Counted from the stretch's first letter, positions 31,412-42,412 are shown. The stretch: DNA of 64,000 nt from Chlamydiales bacterium (GCA_965206695.1 CBDBKM010000008.1:96001-160000); one strand, 5' to 3'. The notes: generated from the letters alone by a model not told the origin. Made by a program: numbers and translations.

Positions 31412-33799
31412 TTATCGAATAAGTAAATTAATCGCTCTCATTTGCGCTGCTATCGCTGCCGCCACTTTTTGTCCTTCATCTCCCAATGCTTCCATTTCTT
31501 TCCGGTATTGACCTTCCATAACTTTTGTGAAGCTCTGCGAAATTGCTTGCGATGCTTTAATTTCTTCTATACTTGCTTCGATTTTAGCAATCTCCGTCTG
31601 AATGTCAGCTATTTGTACTTGGATAATACCCGACGTTATTTGTGCCGCTCCTTGTACCCCTTGACTGACAGCTAAAGAAGCGTATAAACCACCTCTGACC
31701 AATGGGCTATCAATCTTATCAAGTATTGAAAGTCTCCTTCCTGCAGTTTTCGCCGCTTTTCCTGTTGCTTCAGTTTCGACTAGCGCAGCGTGTTCGGCTT
31801 CTGCTTTTTTTATCGCCTTAAGATTCTTTCTTGCTGCATTTTGTGCATCTATTTCCGCATCGAAGTTAGTCATATTTTTTACATTGGAACCATCCGGTCC
31901 GGTGCCTTCTCCTCCATCGCCTTGTTCATCCGCATTTTCACTTCCGGAACGGCTTGCATTTCGGGAAACATCTGCACCGTTTTCTATTACCTCAGCTAAT
32001 GTAGGCTCAACTTGCTTCTCCATCTCAACCAGTTCGAGTTGCAGTTCTTTTGCTAACTCTTGCTCTTCTTTAGTTCCTTTAAAAATCATTTGATTAATCG
32101 CTGTTTTCATAGCTGATAAGAGCCCTCCTATTGCCCCTAAAACGACTTTAGTACCATCAGCAATTGAATTAAATGCATTCTTTAAAGCTCTACCCAGCTT
32201 AGATACTTGTTCTGATAAATTTGATATAGAAGCTATAGAAGCCAGTAACATGCAGCCGGCTGATATAACAGCTGCCCATATCATAAGACTTTTATTTTTT
32301 GCCCAAACTTTAGGATCAGTTGATCCGGAGCCTATCATACAAACGATATCTGACATTAGTCCGGACATTGACATATCCATAACAAGTGTCGAAAGTACGG
32401 TTTTTGCAGCTGCAGCAAGACCATCTTTCATTAGATTTTCAAACGCTGTCTTCATAACAGCCTTAATAATTGATACAATAGTTTGTTCAGCAACTTCTTC
32501 ACCTATCTCTAAAGCGGCTTCCAGTACTCCTGCTCCCATTGTAGCAATTAGCATAATAGCTGTCATAATAACGTCGGCTAAAACCTTTGAACCTGTTGCC
32601 TTAGCTAATGCAGCTGTAGCTTTGTCTAAAAGCCCGGTAGCTGCCACAAGTAACATCACTGCCAACATCGGCATATCACAAAGAACTGCTATAATAGCGC
32701 CGATAAATTCGAATGCCTGGATTATTTTATGACACGTGCTTTGATGCGCTTGTTTATTTGCTTGATCTATTTCTTTTTGAGTATTTTTTTCAATTTTCGA
32801 TAAGTTTTCCTTACCTAGAATATCTGCATAGTGCATACCCGCGATGTCACTTTTATTGGAAATACTACCAAGTAGCAATAATAGCTTCTGAAGTATTTTA
32901 TATGTCTCTATCTGTTGCTTAGCAGCATCACCATAATTTTGATTACTTGGTATTCTAGGGGTTGATTTGCCGGACTTATCATTAGAAGTTGTAGCACCAA
33001 GTCCATTACCGCTAGTATTGGGTGTGCTTCCGGCAACCGGGATATCCGGTAATAACGCCGCCAGCTCCGGTGATGTATTTGCCGGTAATGTTATAGGATG
33101 TTTAGGCTCTCCTACATCAGATACTGCATCGATGTCCACTAATGGAAATAAATGAGCAATATCTTTATCGGTTACAGGCTGAAACTTAGAAACATCAACT
33201 CCCGGTTTGCTTATAAGGACTTCAAGAAGCTCTTGAAATGCAATAACCGCTTTTTGTACCAATTCTTGATGTTTAACAGGATCCTTCTTAGCATCATTAA
33301 TTAAAGCTTGCAATTCAGGCCTATTCATTTGGTTTTGTAAAACTCTACCCTTTCTAAATTGCTTTTCAATCATCTCAGCTAAAATGGTCTCTTCTGAAGC
33401 GTCTTTAAGAAGAAATGTTGCTAAGTTTTTTCCTTTTGCTGATTGAGGACCTAATCTCTGAATGTCTTTTTCAAGTGCTTGGGTATATTCTTCTTTAATT
33501 TGGCTTAGAGCTTTTCCATTTACTGAAACCGGCTTTCCGGCATGAGATGCAAAAACTGTTTTTTCCGGAAATAATTTTCCGTCTTTCTCTATTTTTTCTT
33601 GTTTCTCTTTAAATTCTGCTAAATGAGCTTTTTGAGCTAAGCTTTTAGCAGAAGGAGTTACTTTACCTTTCTTTGGTACAATTACTTGTGACTGTTTTTC
33701 TGTTTTTTTTAATTGTTCTTTTGTGTCTTCTGTCGATGCTATTGTCGCGCTTACAACATGTTCAGGTTTCGTGTGTAAATTTGATTGTAGCTGTGTCAT
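31412..33799 (-). CDS. Putative major translocator (CopB/SctE-like)
   Basis: Coiled coil, then hydrophobic hairpin (FIGAIIAVLC...VIMTAIMLIATMGAG), C-terminal GAAQITSGIIQVQIADIQTEIAKIEA coiled coil. Confidence 0.6.
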   Translation of the reverse strand: MTQLQSNLHTKPEHVVSATIASTEDTKEQLKKTEKQSQVIVPKKGKVTPSAKSLAQKAHLAEFKEKQEKIEKDGKLFPEKTVFASHAGKPVSVNGKALSQIKEEYTQALEKDIQRLGPQSAKGKNLATFLLKDASEETILAEMIEKQFRKGRVLQNQMNRPELQALINDAKKDPVKHQELVQKAVIAFQELLEVLISKPGVDVSKFQPVTDKDIAHLFPLVDIDAVSDVGEPKHPITLPANTSPELAALLPDIPVAGSTPNTSGNGLGATTSNDKSGKSTPRIPSNQNYGDAAKQQIETYKILQKLLLLLGSISNKSDIAGMHYADILGKENLSKIEKNTQKEIDQANKQAHQSTCHKIIQAFEFIGAIIAVLCDMPMLAVMLLVAATGLLDKATAALAKATGSKVLADVIMTAIMLIATMGAGVLEAALEIGEEVAEQTIVSIIKAVMKTAFENLMKDGLAAAAKTVLSTLVMDMSMSGLMSDIVCMIGSGSTDPKVWAKNKSLMIWAAVISAGCMLLASIASISNLSEQVSKLGRALKNAFNSIADGTKVVLGAIGGLLSAMKTAINQMIFKGTKEEQELAKELQLELVEMEKQVEPTLAEVIENGADVSRNASRSGSENADEQGDGGEGTGPDGSNVKNMTNFDAEIDAQNAARKNLKAIKKAEAEHAALVETEATGKAAKTAGRRLSILDKIDSPLVRGGLYASLAVSQGVQGAAQITSGIIQVQIADIQTEIAKIEASIEEIKASQAISQSFTKVMEGQYRKEMEALGDEGQKVAAAIAAQMRAINLLIR

Positions 33800-33975
33800 T
33801 ATTATTACCTCCCTAGGGAATCGGTATACAAATTAATATTCTGTTTTATCTCCCCTCCCCCTTATATAAAGCTTTTTGGCTCCTTCCTTCTAATTTCCAT
33901 TTTTTTAAGGTGTAGAACCTATCAATCGGGGACTTCCTTGTATCTGCTCTAAACTATTTTCTAATTCTGCAACTA

Positions 33976-34623
33976 TTAACTACCTACTGCCTTAATGATG
34001 GTTTCTAACCACCCACTACAACTTGATGTCAGCGAAGATTGTGCTTGTGATATATTCTGTCCGGCTGTTGTAAAGGTCTCAGATGCAGATCTATAGTTAT
34101 CGCCCGCACTTTTAGCTTGAGATATCTCTTCTTGAAGTGTCTGTACGTGCCCCTGTGCCTTCGGATCAGACTTACTGGGGTTTAAGTGGGAAACCGCTGA
34201 GCTTAATTCACTCAGATATTTTTGCTGCAAAGCCGCCTTAGCTTGCACCTGATTGGTCAGTACATCTTTAGCAAATACAGAAGCCACACTAATCATATTT
34301 TGAGATGCATGTAGTATTTCTATCAGGCCTTTAATACAGGCTGTAAGCACATCTGCTATAATCGTATTTTGTATAAATGGGCTAATTGCATCAGTGTCAT
34401 TAGTACTTTGAGTCGTTTTGCTATCGTTTGTTGAAACACCCGAATTGGCATTACCGTTATCTCTTTGTCCTTTCATCTTTGCTTTTGATGAGAAACCATC
34501 TGCCCGTCCCGGTAACGAAGATTCTTTTAGTGATGATATAAATGGACTTAGTTGCTTATCTGATGAACCGGCACCTGAATTCAACTGATCGATTTGTTGC
34601 TGTGTTCCCGATATATTTGTCAT
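33976..34623 (-). CDS. Hypothetical helical secreted-type protein (possible T3SS filament/accessory)
   Basis: Ser/Thr/Gln-rich N-terminus, heptad C-terminus, in operon with translocator-like genes. Confidence 0.6.
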   Translation of the reverse strand: MTNISGTQQQIDQLNSGAGSSDKQLSPFISSLKESSLPGRADGFSSKAKMKGQRDNGNANSGVSTNDSKTTQSTNDTDAISPFIQNTIIADVLTACIKGLIEILHASQNMISVASVFAKDVLTNQVQAKAALQQKYLSELSSAVSHLNPSKSDPKAQGHVQTLQEEISQAKSAGDNYRSASETFTTAGQNISQAQSSLTSSCSGWLETIIKAVGS

Positions 34624-34656
34624 TATTATTTCCTCAATTATTTTCTATTATTCAAT

Positions 34657-36606
34657 TTATCCTGACATTTGTGCGAAAGCTTGGATCAATGCACTCCAAT
34701 ATGTACTCACAGCCTTTGTAACCATAGATTCAAAAGATTCTACTTGCTTGTTAAAATCCGAAATTGACAATGACGTTGATGAGTTAGTACTATTAACGGT
34801 GGTCATTGCATTGGTATTTCCTGTCATCATTCCTGAATAACTTGGACTTGGCTGAGATCCTGAATTGTCTGTTAAAATTGCATTTATGCCTGCTGTAGCG
34901 GCCGCCGGATCGGTGGCCAGTTCATCTAAAAAGTGTTTAATATTATTGCCGCTTTTATCTCCGGCCGTATCACAATTATCAATCCCGTCTAACATTTTTT
35001 GTAAGGTATTATTAACTGAGCCGGCGGTACCGGTAGGTCCCCCGAATGCCGGGCCTGCTCTGTTCATTAGATCTTTAAGATCTTCCATTCTCTTTTTAAG
35101 ATCCCGGGCAGCTCCTTGATTAGTCGGGTCTTCCATGATTTGATTTAAATCATTTTGTATAGCACCAATATCTCCCGAAGCTTGCGATAAAAGCTTTTCC
35201 TGGAGCGCATATACAGCTTCTTGGCCAAGTTGATTCTTTGATTGGTATTGCATCATAATTTTGCAAAGCAGGACAAAAATATTGTCATTACAGTTGTATA
35301 GCCAAAATACATCTGCCATGGCATGTGCGATGTTTTCACCAAATTTCCCTGAAGATGTTCCGGTCATCCAGCTACCCAGTTCATTATTAAATCTATCTAA
35401 ATATTTTTGTGCCGGATCTCCCTTATTTTGAGTCGGCAGTTCGTCCGGACCGGTTCCTAATGCATTAACATCTGTGACACGGAAATTATCAAAGAATGTT
35501 GTATTTGTACTCCCGTCTCCAATCATATCATTTAAATCTTTCAATAAGCCTGCCAGATCCTTTTGCATATCCGGTGTTTGAATCCCAATACAAGCTTTCA
35601 TCCCTTTGAGCATATTATTGATTTGACCCATAGCCGCTTTTTCAGCTGCAGCCTTTGCAGCCGTTGGTGTCATCCCTTGAGCTATGTATTGGTTGTAATC
35701 AGAGATGTATTCTTTTTGCAAAATGTCATTCATAAATTTTTTAAAGTTGTCATAAGCAGGATCAAATTTATTTGCCCATGGGGAAGGAGTCGGATCCGGA
35801 TTACTCGGATCCTTCGGCGACATACTCGGATAATCAGGACCTTTCTCAAATCCTTTCAAAGCATCACCTAAAAGCTCTTTGTATTTTGCAGCTAATCCCG
35901 GATTATTTTTAAATACGTTATCCAAATTGTTACTATACTCAAAACCAAGTTGTAAGAGTGTCATATAAGATTGAACCCCGTTACCTAAACCTTTAATATC
36001 CCAATTAGGATTTTGCATGAATGCCTGAAGGACTGTTTGGTACCATTTCCACCACTTGCTAGAACCTCTATCGGGTTTACCTGTTTTAGGGTCTACAGGT
36101 TCCTTAGGTAAACCATGCCCCGGATTAATTGGTGGAATATTATCATTAATATTCGGAAAAGGACCGGCTCCTGCCATATCATGATAGTATAGGGTTCCTC
36201 CCGTATCCTTTCCGGCTAGCTTAGCGACATCCGTTTGAGTCGTTACTTTAGTTGAAGTAGATCCTTTCACATCTGATCCGTTAGTAGTAGCTGATGTATT
36301 ATCAGATCCCTCAGTACCGGACACTTTAGCCGGTACATTAGGATTAGCTTGATCTAATGACTTATTAGAGCCTAAAGCTTCCACTTTTCTCTGTTCGGCG
36401 TTTGGAGCCTCTACCTCATGTTCTAAAGTTAAATGCTTTTGTAGCTGCTTCAAGCTATGAGAGACTTGTAATAACTTCGCTGCATCGACTAGAGCAGCAT
36501 TAGTGCTACCTTGATTAGCATCACCTTTATTGATTTTTGCCCAATCATTATTGATTTTGGCATTGGTTGAATCATATTGTTCTTGATCAACTACTGACAT
36601 AAACAA
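34657..36606 (-). CDS. Hypothetical T3SS-substrate-like protein (possible tip/effector)
   Basis: 649 aa, disordered N-terminus, Pro-rich linkers, helical C-terminus; SD GGAG. Confidence 0.6.
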   Translation of the reverse strand: MFMSVVDQEQYDSTNAKINNDWAKINKGDANQGSTNAALVDAAKLLQVSHSLKQLQKHLTLEHEVEAPNAEQRKVEALGSNKSLDQANPNVPAKVSGTEGSDNTSATTNGSDVKGSTSTKVTTQTDVAKLAGKDTGGTLYYHDMAGAGPFPNINDNIPPINPGHGLPKEPVDPKTGKPDRGSSKWWKWYQTVLQAFMQNPNWDIKGLGNGVQSYMTLLQLGFEYSNNLDNVFKNNPGLAAKYKELLGDALKGFEKGPDYPSMSPKDPSNPDPTPSPWANKFDPAYDNFKKFMNDILQKEYISDYNQYIAQGMTPTAAKAAAEKAAMGQINNMLKGMKACIGIQTPDMQKDLAGLLKDLNDMIGDGSTNTTFFDNFRVTDVNALGTGPDELPTQNKGDPAQKYLDRFNNELGSWMTGTSSGKFGENIAHAMADVFWLYNCNDNIFVLLCKIMMQYQSKNQLGQEAVYALQEKLLSQASGDIGAIQNDLNQIMEDPTNQGAARDLKKRMEDLKDLMNRAGPAFGGPTGTAGSVNNTLQKMLDGIDNCDTAGDKSGNNIKHFLDELATDPAAATAGINAILTDNSGSQPSPSYSGMMTGNTNAMTTVNSTNSSTSLSISDFNKQVESFESMVTKAVSTYWSALIQAFAQMSG

Positions 36607-37052
36607 ACTCCATGTTTTTGAATTTTAAATCTTAAACCTTTGGACATATCCATATAATTAAGACCTAAATTTATAAAAAATGATATAAACTACTTATTTT
36701 AAATATTTTATTTATTTTAAGATTATAGTTACGTTAAGAGTGTTATTTATTTTAGTTGTATATGCATTGACTTATGTGTTTATTATAGCAAATTATTTAT
36801 TTATTGTCAAATAACTTATACTATACAGAATCGCGTTATAATACATAACACGCGCAACATTAAACATATAATACAACTGCTATCAGTTAACTAATAAAAT
36901 AACAATTTAGAAATATTCGTAATCTTATATTTATTTACTAATTTTTCCGGTCAGTTTTATGAGCGAGCATGGGAATAATTATACTAATAAAAAATAACTA
37001 AAAATCAATAAAATGGTTTTTAGTTCTCTTGTTATTAAGGACTTATATTTTT

Positions 37053-37751
37053 TTAATCTGAGAGCTCTTCTTTAAGGCGATAACCAACCCCTCTGACTGT
37101 CTCGATCCAGCGAAAATTGGGGCCTAGTTTTTTTCTTAAAGAAGCAATATGGACATCGATATTTCGATCGACAATAAAAGCATCGTCATTTTGAATATCA
37201 TCGAGTAACTGATTACGAGTTAATACCTTACCTTGATTCGCTAATAGACGCTTCAAAATGCCGAATTCGGATAAAGTTAACGTGATATACTTCTCTCCTT
37301 TGCGAAGCAGGTAGCGATCGATCTCTAAAACGAAATTTCCGAAATTTAATATCTTAGAGGCTTTTTGAGTATCTTTACCTCTTCGTAAAACAGCTTTGAT
37401 ACGTGAAAACAGCACCTTCGGAGAAAAGGGTTTAGTGACATAATCATCGGCGCCTAACTCCAATCCCAATACCACATCCAATTCATCACTTTTAGCAGAA
37501 ATAATGATGATGGGGATATTTTTTAATTCCGGATTGCTTTTCATTTTACGACAAACATCAAATCCATTTTGTCCGGGAAGCATAATATCTAAAATGACTA
37601 AATCAGGTTTTTCTCTTTCTATCGCTCTAAGACCATTAATCCCATCAACCTCTACATGAAGTTTATAACCTGAGATATCAGCTTGCAATTTGATCAAAGC
37701 AGCTATATCTCCCTCATCTTCAATTAATATGATTCTTTTTTTTTGGCTCAT
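37053..37751 (-). CDS. OmpR/PhoB-family response regulator (no adjacent kinase)
   Basis: IEDE, LDIMLP phospho-Asp, KPF, winged-helix RNIDVHIASLRKKL...TVRGVGY. Confidence 0.92.
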   Translation of the reverse strand: MSQKKRIILIEDEGDIAALIKLQADISGYKLHVEVDGINGLRAIEREKPDLVILDIMLPGQNGFDVCRKMKSNPELKNIPIIIISAKSDELDVVLGLELGADDYVTKPFSPKVLFSRIKAVLRRGKDTQKASKILNFGNFVLEIDRYLLRKGEKYITLTLSEFGILKRLLANQGKVLTRNQLLDDIQNDDAFIVDRNIDVHIASLRKKLGPNFRWIETVRGVGYRLKEELSD

Positions 37752-37884
37752 TTACATCTCCCCTTAAAAGACTGGAATGATTGCGATAAAAATCTTAAGC
37801 TAGAATAAAAAAAATGTTTAAGCATTTGTTAATATCAAAACGTATGTTTTTTTAACAGCGTTCTTAATCATTTTTTAAATAAAA

Positions 37885-38487
37885 CAGAAGTTTCACGCAA
37901 CAGAACTGTGTTATTAAAATAATTGTTTAAATCAGGGTATTATTTTTCTTTTTTGTTAAGGGAAAATGCCATTACATAATAATGCACAAAGAAATGATAT
38001 AGCACCTTCACTCAAGCAAGCAGTATGAGATATTCTAGCCTTGCGATGTCAAAAGTTTGCCCTGATACATTATCACATGACAGCATTAGCCGGTGGTTAA
38101 AGGACCAAGCATTCACTTGCGCGGCTATGGTTTTGTTACGGCTTTTAAGTTTGTGGCTAAAAATGACCGCATTGATTATGTGGTTACCAATATTGAAGAA
38201 CCGAGTCCTAATGACGTTGAAAAAATCATGAAGATTTGTTGGAAAATAGAAGTTTATCATAGAGAATTAAAACAAACTTATGGCCTTGAGCACAGTCAGT
38301 CTCGTAACGCACGAGCGCAACGAAATCATATTTATGTTTATTTATGCTTGGCTACACACATTTAAGTGAAGGAGGCAAAATCAAATACTTTTTTCTCAAC
38401 AAGACCGGGAAATTATAAAGCCCGCTATTACTTTGAAATATAAAAAATATTATGGCTATGCGTTAGCATTTATGCACGAAAATTCTG
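37885..38487 (+). mobile_element. Internally deleted IS701-family element
   Basis: Ends CAGAAGTTTCACG / CACGAAAATTCTG; N-terminal SHDSISRWL joined directly to IHLRGYG C-terminal part. Confidence 0.8.
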
Positions 38488-38558
38488 TAAAATCTTTTTG
38501 ACCGAAGCAAATCTATTATGGGATAGACATTAAGATTTTTTTGTATAAAATTAAGTTT

Positions 38559-40058
38559 ATGACAAACTTAAAGACAGCTATTTTTATTACACTGATTCTT
38601 TTCTTAAGTCTTGTAGGGTATAGTTATTTTTCCTACGATATAACTTATGCTATCGATAAAGTGTATCATTTGTGGCTGCAACAAGAGTATCAACAATCGC
38701 ATGAGAAACTAACCGATCTATCAAAGGGGCTAAGTCAGAGTGAGTATCATCTATATCGAGCCTATATATTCCGTGAAGAAGGGAGATTAGATGCATCTGA
38801 TAGACACTTGAATCTTGCAACTAAAGAACATAACGATGATTTAAATGTTGAATTAGACCTCAATCATGTGATGAACGCTTACCTATCATCTGATTATGAG
38901 CTTTTCACACAAAAGATCAAGCAATTACCACAAATATCACGCTACCAATCTTATGTATCATTCTTTTTAGGACTGCAAGCGTACCTATCAAATGATTATA
39001 AAAAGGCCTTGAAGCTTTTATCCGTAAAAACATCTGATGCCCCCTCTTTATGGTTTGAAAAAGCCTTTTCACATGCTTTTTCCTCAAATTGGCAACAAAC
39101 ACATATCGCGCATTGCAATATAGAACTAGGAAAATATGTCCAAGCCAGAAACCTACTGGAACAATTAAAAAAGAATAGTGATAAAGCATTTCAAGATAAG
39201 GTATTTTTTTTAATAGGTCTTAGTTATTTAAAAGAAGCGAATGAAAAGCCTGTGAACGTAGCGATTCCGTATTATCATATTGCATTATCTTATTTTTCGT
39301 ATTTGCCTTTGAAACAACCGGGTCTTCAAAATGAGAAAAATACAATTGCTCTTCACCTGATAAACTTTTCAAAAAGTTTACTCGATCATAATTTGTTTAA
39401 AGACGCTTCCCCTTTTATTTTAGCCTTACATGCATTCGATTCTTTGGCCTCCCCGGAGACTCTTAATATTAGTAATAAGATTGAAAATCTTATCGAAGAT
39501 AAAGAATATTTTTTACAATTATGCAATATGTTAAAAGCAATAAAATGTATTGAGCCTTTACGATCTGTACTCTATCAAAAATTGGAAGCCTTAGTAGAAA
39601 ATACCAATGGAAGATTACCAATAGATAGTTATTGGACTATTGCCGAAATTCTCAGCAATCATTCGAATCTGAGTAAACCTTTGTTTATTCATACTGCTCA
39701 AGAAAAAATCAGACAATCTATTGATAGCGAAGTAGACTCCTTATCTGAAATATCACCCTATTTGTTGCTTTTCGATGATTTAGAAAAAGACGCAACTTCT
39801 CGCCTTTACTTTACTAAAGAGTTGATCTCAAAAGCTTTTCATCTTGTTAAAACCGATCAATCTAAAGCCCTACAATTAATATCGTTAGCTATTCGTATTC
39901 CTTTTTTAGATCAACGCGATGAGATGCAACATTTTCTGGAAGCTCGCCTTATTAAAGATTATGAATATGCCCATGCCAATGAAGAGACACAAACGTTACC
40001 GGCTTTAGAAACCCTTTTTCAAACTTATCGTATAGCCATCCCTTCTTTCGAAGGATAA
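38559..40058 (+). CDS. Membrane-anchored helical-repeat (TPR-like) hypothetical protein
   Basis: N-terminal TM, TPR-like helices. Confidence 0.7.
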   Translation: MTNLKTAIFITLILFLSLVGYSYFSYDITYAIDKVYHLWLQQEYQQSHEKLTDLSKGLSQSEYHLYRAYIFREEGRLDASDRHLNLATKEHNDDLNVELDLNHVMNAYLSSDYELFTQKIKQLPQISRYQSYVSFFLGLQAYLSNDYKKALKLLSVKTSDAPSLWFEKAFSHAFSSNWQQTHIAHCNIELGKYVQARNLLEQLKKNSDKAFQDKVFFLIGLSYLKEANEKPVNVAIPYYHIALSYFSYLPLKQPGLQNEKNTIALHLINFSKSLLDHNLFKDASPFILALHAFDSLASPETLNISNKIENLIEDKEYFLQLCNMLKAIKCIEPLRSVLYQKLEALVENTNGRLPIDSYWTIAEILSNHSNLSKPLFIHTAQEKIRQSIDSEVDSLSEISPYLLLFDDLEKDATSRLYFTKELISKAFHLVKTDQSKALQLISLAIRIPFLDQRDEMQHFLEARLIKDYEYAHANEETQTLPALETLFQTYRIAIPSFEG

Positions 40059-40142
40059 AACCGTATAAAATCAAAAGCTATATTGAAAAAAACACGAGGC
40101 TCTACCCGGTATATTAATCAAGTAAACAATAAGGGATATATA

Positions 40143-41219
40143 ATGGCAACAACCGGCATACACACATCTACTTCTTTTGATCATGCCTTTAAAAAAAGAT
40201 TCGAGCAAGTAGAGGATTCAATTTTAGATCGCTTGATTCGCATCACCAAATCCTATGTTGTTTTCAATATGTCTTTTTTAGTATTAGGCATAACCGAATG
40301 TATTTTATTTCTTTTATGTTTTAACTTGCTAACCAGGTCCTCTATCCTATCTTTCACATTAGCAATCATGCTATTAACTATATTTAGTTATTGTATTTTG
40401 CGTATCTACCTTAAAGCACAAAAACCCGAACAATTACAATGTTTATGTACTGATTACTTTATATACATAAAAAAACTACTCTCTTTTCAGAATCAAAATT
40501 TTGATCACCACATTTCTATTGCTAATACCGCTTGCCGTTTCGCTCATCAGCTACATGATCTTGAATATACCTTTTATAAGCCACCTGACTGGCTCACTGT
40601 TTTATCACCAACTATGGAAAAATTTAGTTGCTGGTGGCATTTTAAAGATTTATACTTGGTAAAAGAGGTATTATTACAACAGGCTATTGAAGAACATATC
40701 ACTCTGATTAAATTAGAACCTACCAATTTGCAATTACACGCTACTTTAGCCAATACCTATGTCCTCTTATCAGAAATTTATGCCAATCCCCTAAAAGGGG
40801 ATGATTTTGATGAAGAGAGATGGTATCCACTTGCTAGGCTTTCTGAAAATATGCATTACAAATTCCGGCAAACAGCTCAACGTGCTATCGAAGAATTTAA
40901 GATTTTAAATCATTATGCACCTGATGACCCTTGGGTACATGCTCAATTAGCTTATAGCTATCACGATCTGCAAATGCCTAAAGAAGAAATTGCTGAATAC
41001 GAAATCATCTTAACATTACGCCCAAAAGATGAAGATAATCTATATAAATTAGGATTATTATATTTTGAGCAAGGACTCAACGCTAAGGGTTTAAAAATTT
41101 ACGAACACCTTATACACATGAACCCTGAAAAAGCGGATAATCTGATTTCTTACTATGGCGCTTATCGCCCTGCTAACGATGACTATTTAGATGAGGAGGA
41201 GATTAACCTAAATGGCTAA
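40143..41219 (+). CDS. Chlamydial TM + TPR protein
   Basis: Two TM helices, C-terminal TPRs (PDDPWVHAQLAYSY, LYKLGLLYFEQG). Confidence 0.75.
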   Translation: MATTGIHTSTSFDHAFKKRFEQVEDSILDRLIRITKSYVVFNMSFLVLGITECILFLLCFNLLTRSSILSFTLAIMLLTIFSYCILRIYLKAQKPEQLQCLCTDYFIYIKKLLSFQNQNFDHHISIANTACRFAHQLHDLEYTFYKPPDWLTVLSPTMEKFSCWWHFKDLYLVKEVLLQQAIEEHITLIKLEPTNLQLHATLANTYVLLSEIYANPLKGDDFDEERWYPLARLSENMHYKFRQTAQRAIEEFKILNHYAPDDPWVHAQLAYSYHDLQMPKEEIAEYEIILTLRPKDEDNLYKLGLLYFEQGLNAKGLKIYEHLIHMNPEKADNLISYYGAYRPANDDYLDEEEINLNG

Positions 41220-42140
41220 ACGGCTCCAGTTCATAGTTCCTATAAATAGCCCGGCTAAACAAATGGTATTTGCTTTCCAATTAACCTTCTCCTTGTAAAG
41301 CAAGATTCCCCATATGTTACAGCCAACGACTAAAACCACAGAGAAAATCGGAAATATCATAGCACTTTCCCAAGCATTTGCCACAACAGCTGCTTGTATT
41401 AAGAAAAACGTACAAGCACCATAACAAACACCCCCGAATATACCATAAACGGTTTCTGTTATATTAGGATATCGCCTATCCTGAAGCCAAAACATCGTTG
41501 TTAAAAGAACAGTAGATGCTAAAAATATCATTGGCATAAACCACTGTGTTTGGCTGCTCTCTAAAAGAAAAGGCAAAAGACGCGTTGTAGGAAGCTCGGG
41601 GGTAATCAATAAAGCCCGCCACTCAATAATCACCAAGAAAAAGACATGTAAACAAAAAGCAGATAAAGCAAATAGTAGCCAAGAAAACTTATTGAAAGAG
41701 CCCATTGAAGAATGCTGATAAGCGGCCCAAAAGAGACCAATAATAACCAATATCGAACCAATGGCATTCCATGAATGATACTCATGCCCAAATGCAAACC
41801 CAAATAGTAAAACCATAACAATAGCGGGAACGACAGAAGAAGCATTTAAGATCGCAATCGTTAATCCGGGAGGTCCTTTTTCCAAAGCTCTACCTAATGA
41901 CCACATCATCAAACCTAAAATAATCCCCGCGACTATTCCAATCATTGCAATAGATGTATCCCAAGTATAATGCCCTGTTCTAACGGGATTTAACATGATA
42001 GCTACTACTATGGAAAGCAGCTGTTGAATAATCAAAAATGCTTTACCGGTTCCTCCTGCATCGATGCTACGCCTTAAGAATAAATTCGAAAATGTACATA
42101 AAATAGCTCCTGATAAAACAAATATAATGGCCATAAGCAT
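41208..42140 (-). CDS. EamA/DMT-family transporter
   Basis: About ten TM helices, GPPGLTIAILN and LLYKEKV signatures; ATG at 42140 preferred over the ORF-track start inside the IS end. Confidence 0.8.
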   Translation of the reverse strand: MLMAIIFVLSGAILCTFSNLFLRRSIDAGGTGKAFLIIQQLLSIVVAIMLNPVRTGHYTWDTSIAMIGIVAGIILGLMMWSLGRALEKGPPGLTIAILNASSVVPAIVMVLLFGFAFGHEYHSWNAIGSILVIIGLFWAAYQHSSMGSFNKFSWLLFALSAFCLHVFFLVIIEWRALLITPELPTTRLLPFLLESSQTQWFMPMIFLASTVLLTTMFWLQDRRYPNITETVYGIFGGVCYGACTFFLIQAAVVANAWESAMIFPIFSVVLVVGCNIWGILLYKEKVNWKANTICLAGLFIGTMNWSRLAI

Positions 42141-42144
42141 ACCT

Positions 42145-42412
42145 TTGACTTCCTCCAACGACTAAAGCCGTTGGATTTCTATCCCTCATGGTTAGGAGAT
42201 TCCTTTAATCCTCTACCAACCCACTTTAAGTTAAAATAGGATTACTCTTGTTTTGTAGTAGTATCAGTTTCCAAGGCTATGGGTTTTTACGAAACCCTTC
42301 CCGTATGCCTTACGGTAATTTTGAAAAACAAAGGAATTTAAACAAAAAAAACTGTTTAATACAAGAGATAAAGCGCTATCATCCCAACGCTAAAGGCAAA
42401 AGGTTTTCTCGC
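42145..42412 (-). mobile_element. Non-autonomous IS200/IS605 derivative (both ends plus omega-RNA scaffold, no tnpA/tnpB)
   Basis: Minus strand ACCGTAAGGCATACGGGAAG...GAAATCCAACGGCTTTAGTCGTTGGAGGAAGTCAA right end; opposite end ATCCCAACGCTAAAGGCAAAAGGTTTTCTCGC at 42381-42412. Confidence 0.75.

Noticed and set aside
41208..42140. Assignment as chlamydial SAM transporter (CT580)
   Set aside because: The DMT fold is clear, but orthology cannot be established without alignment
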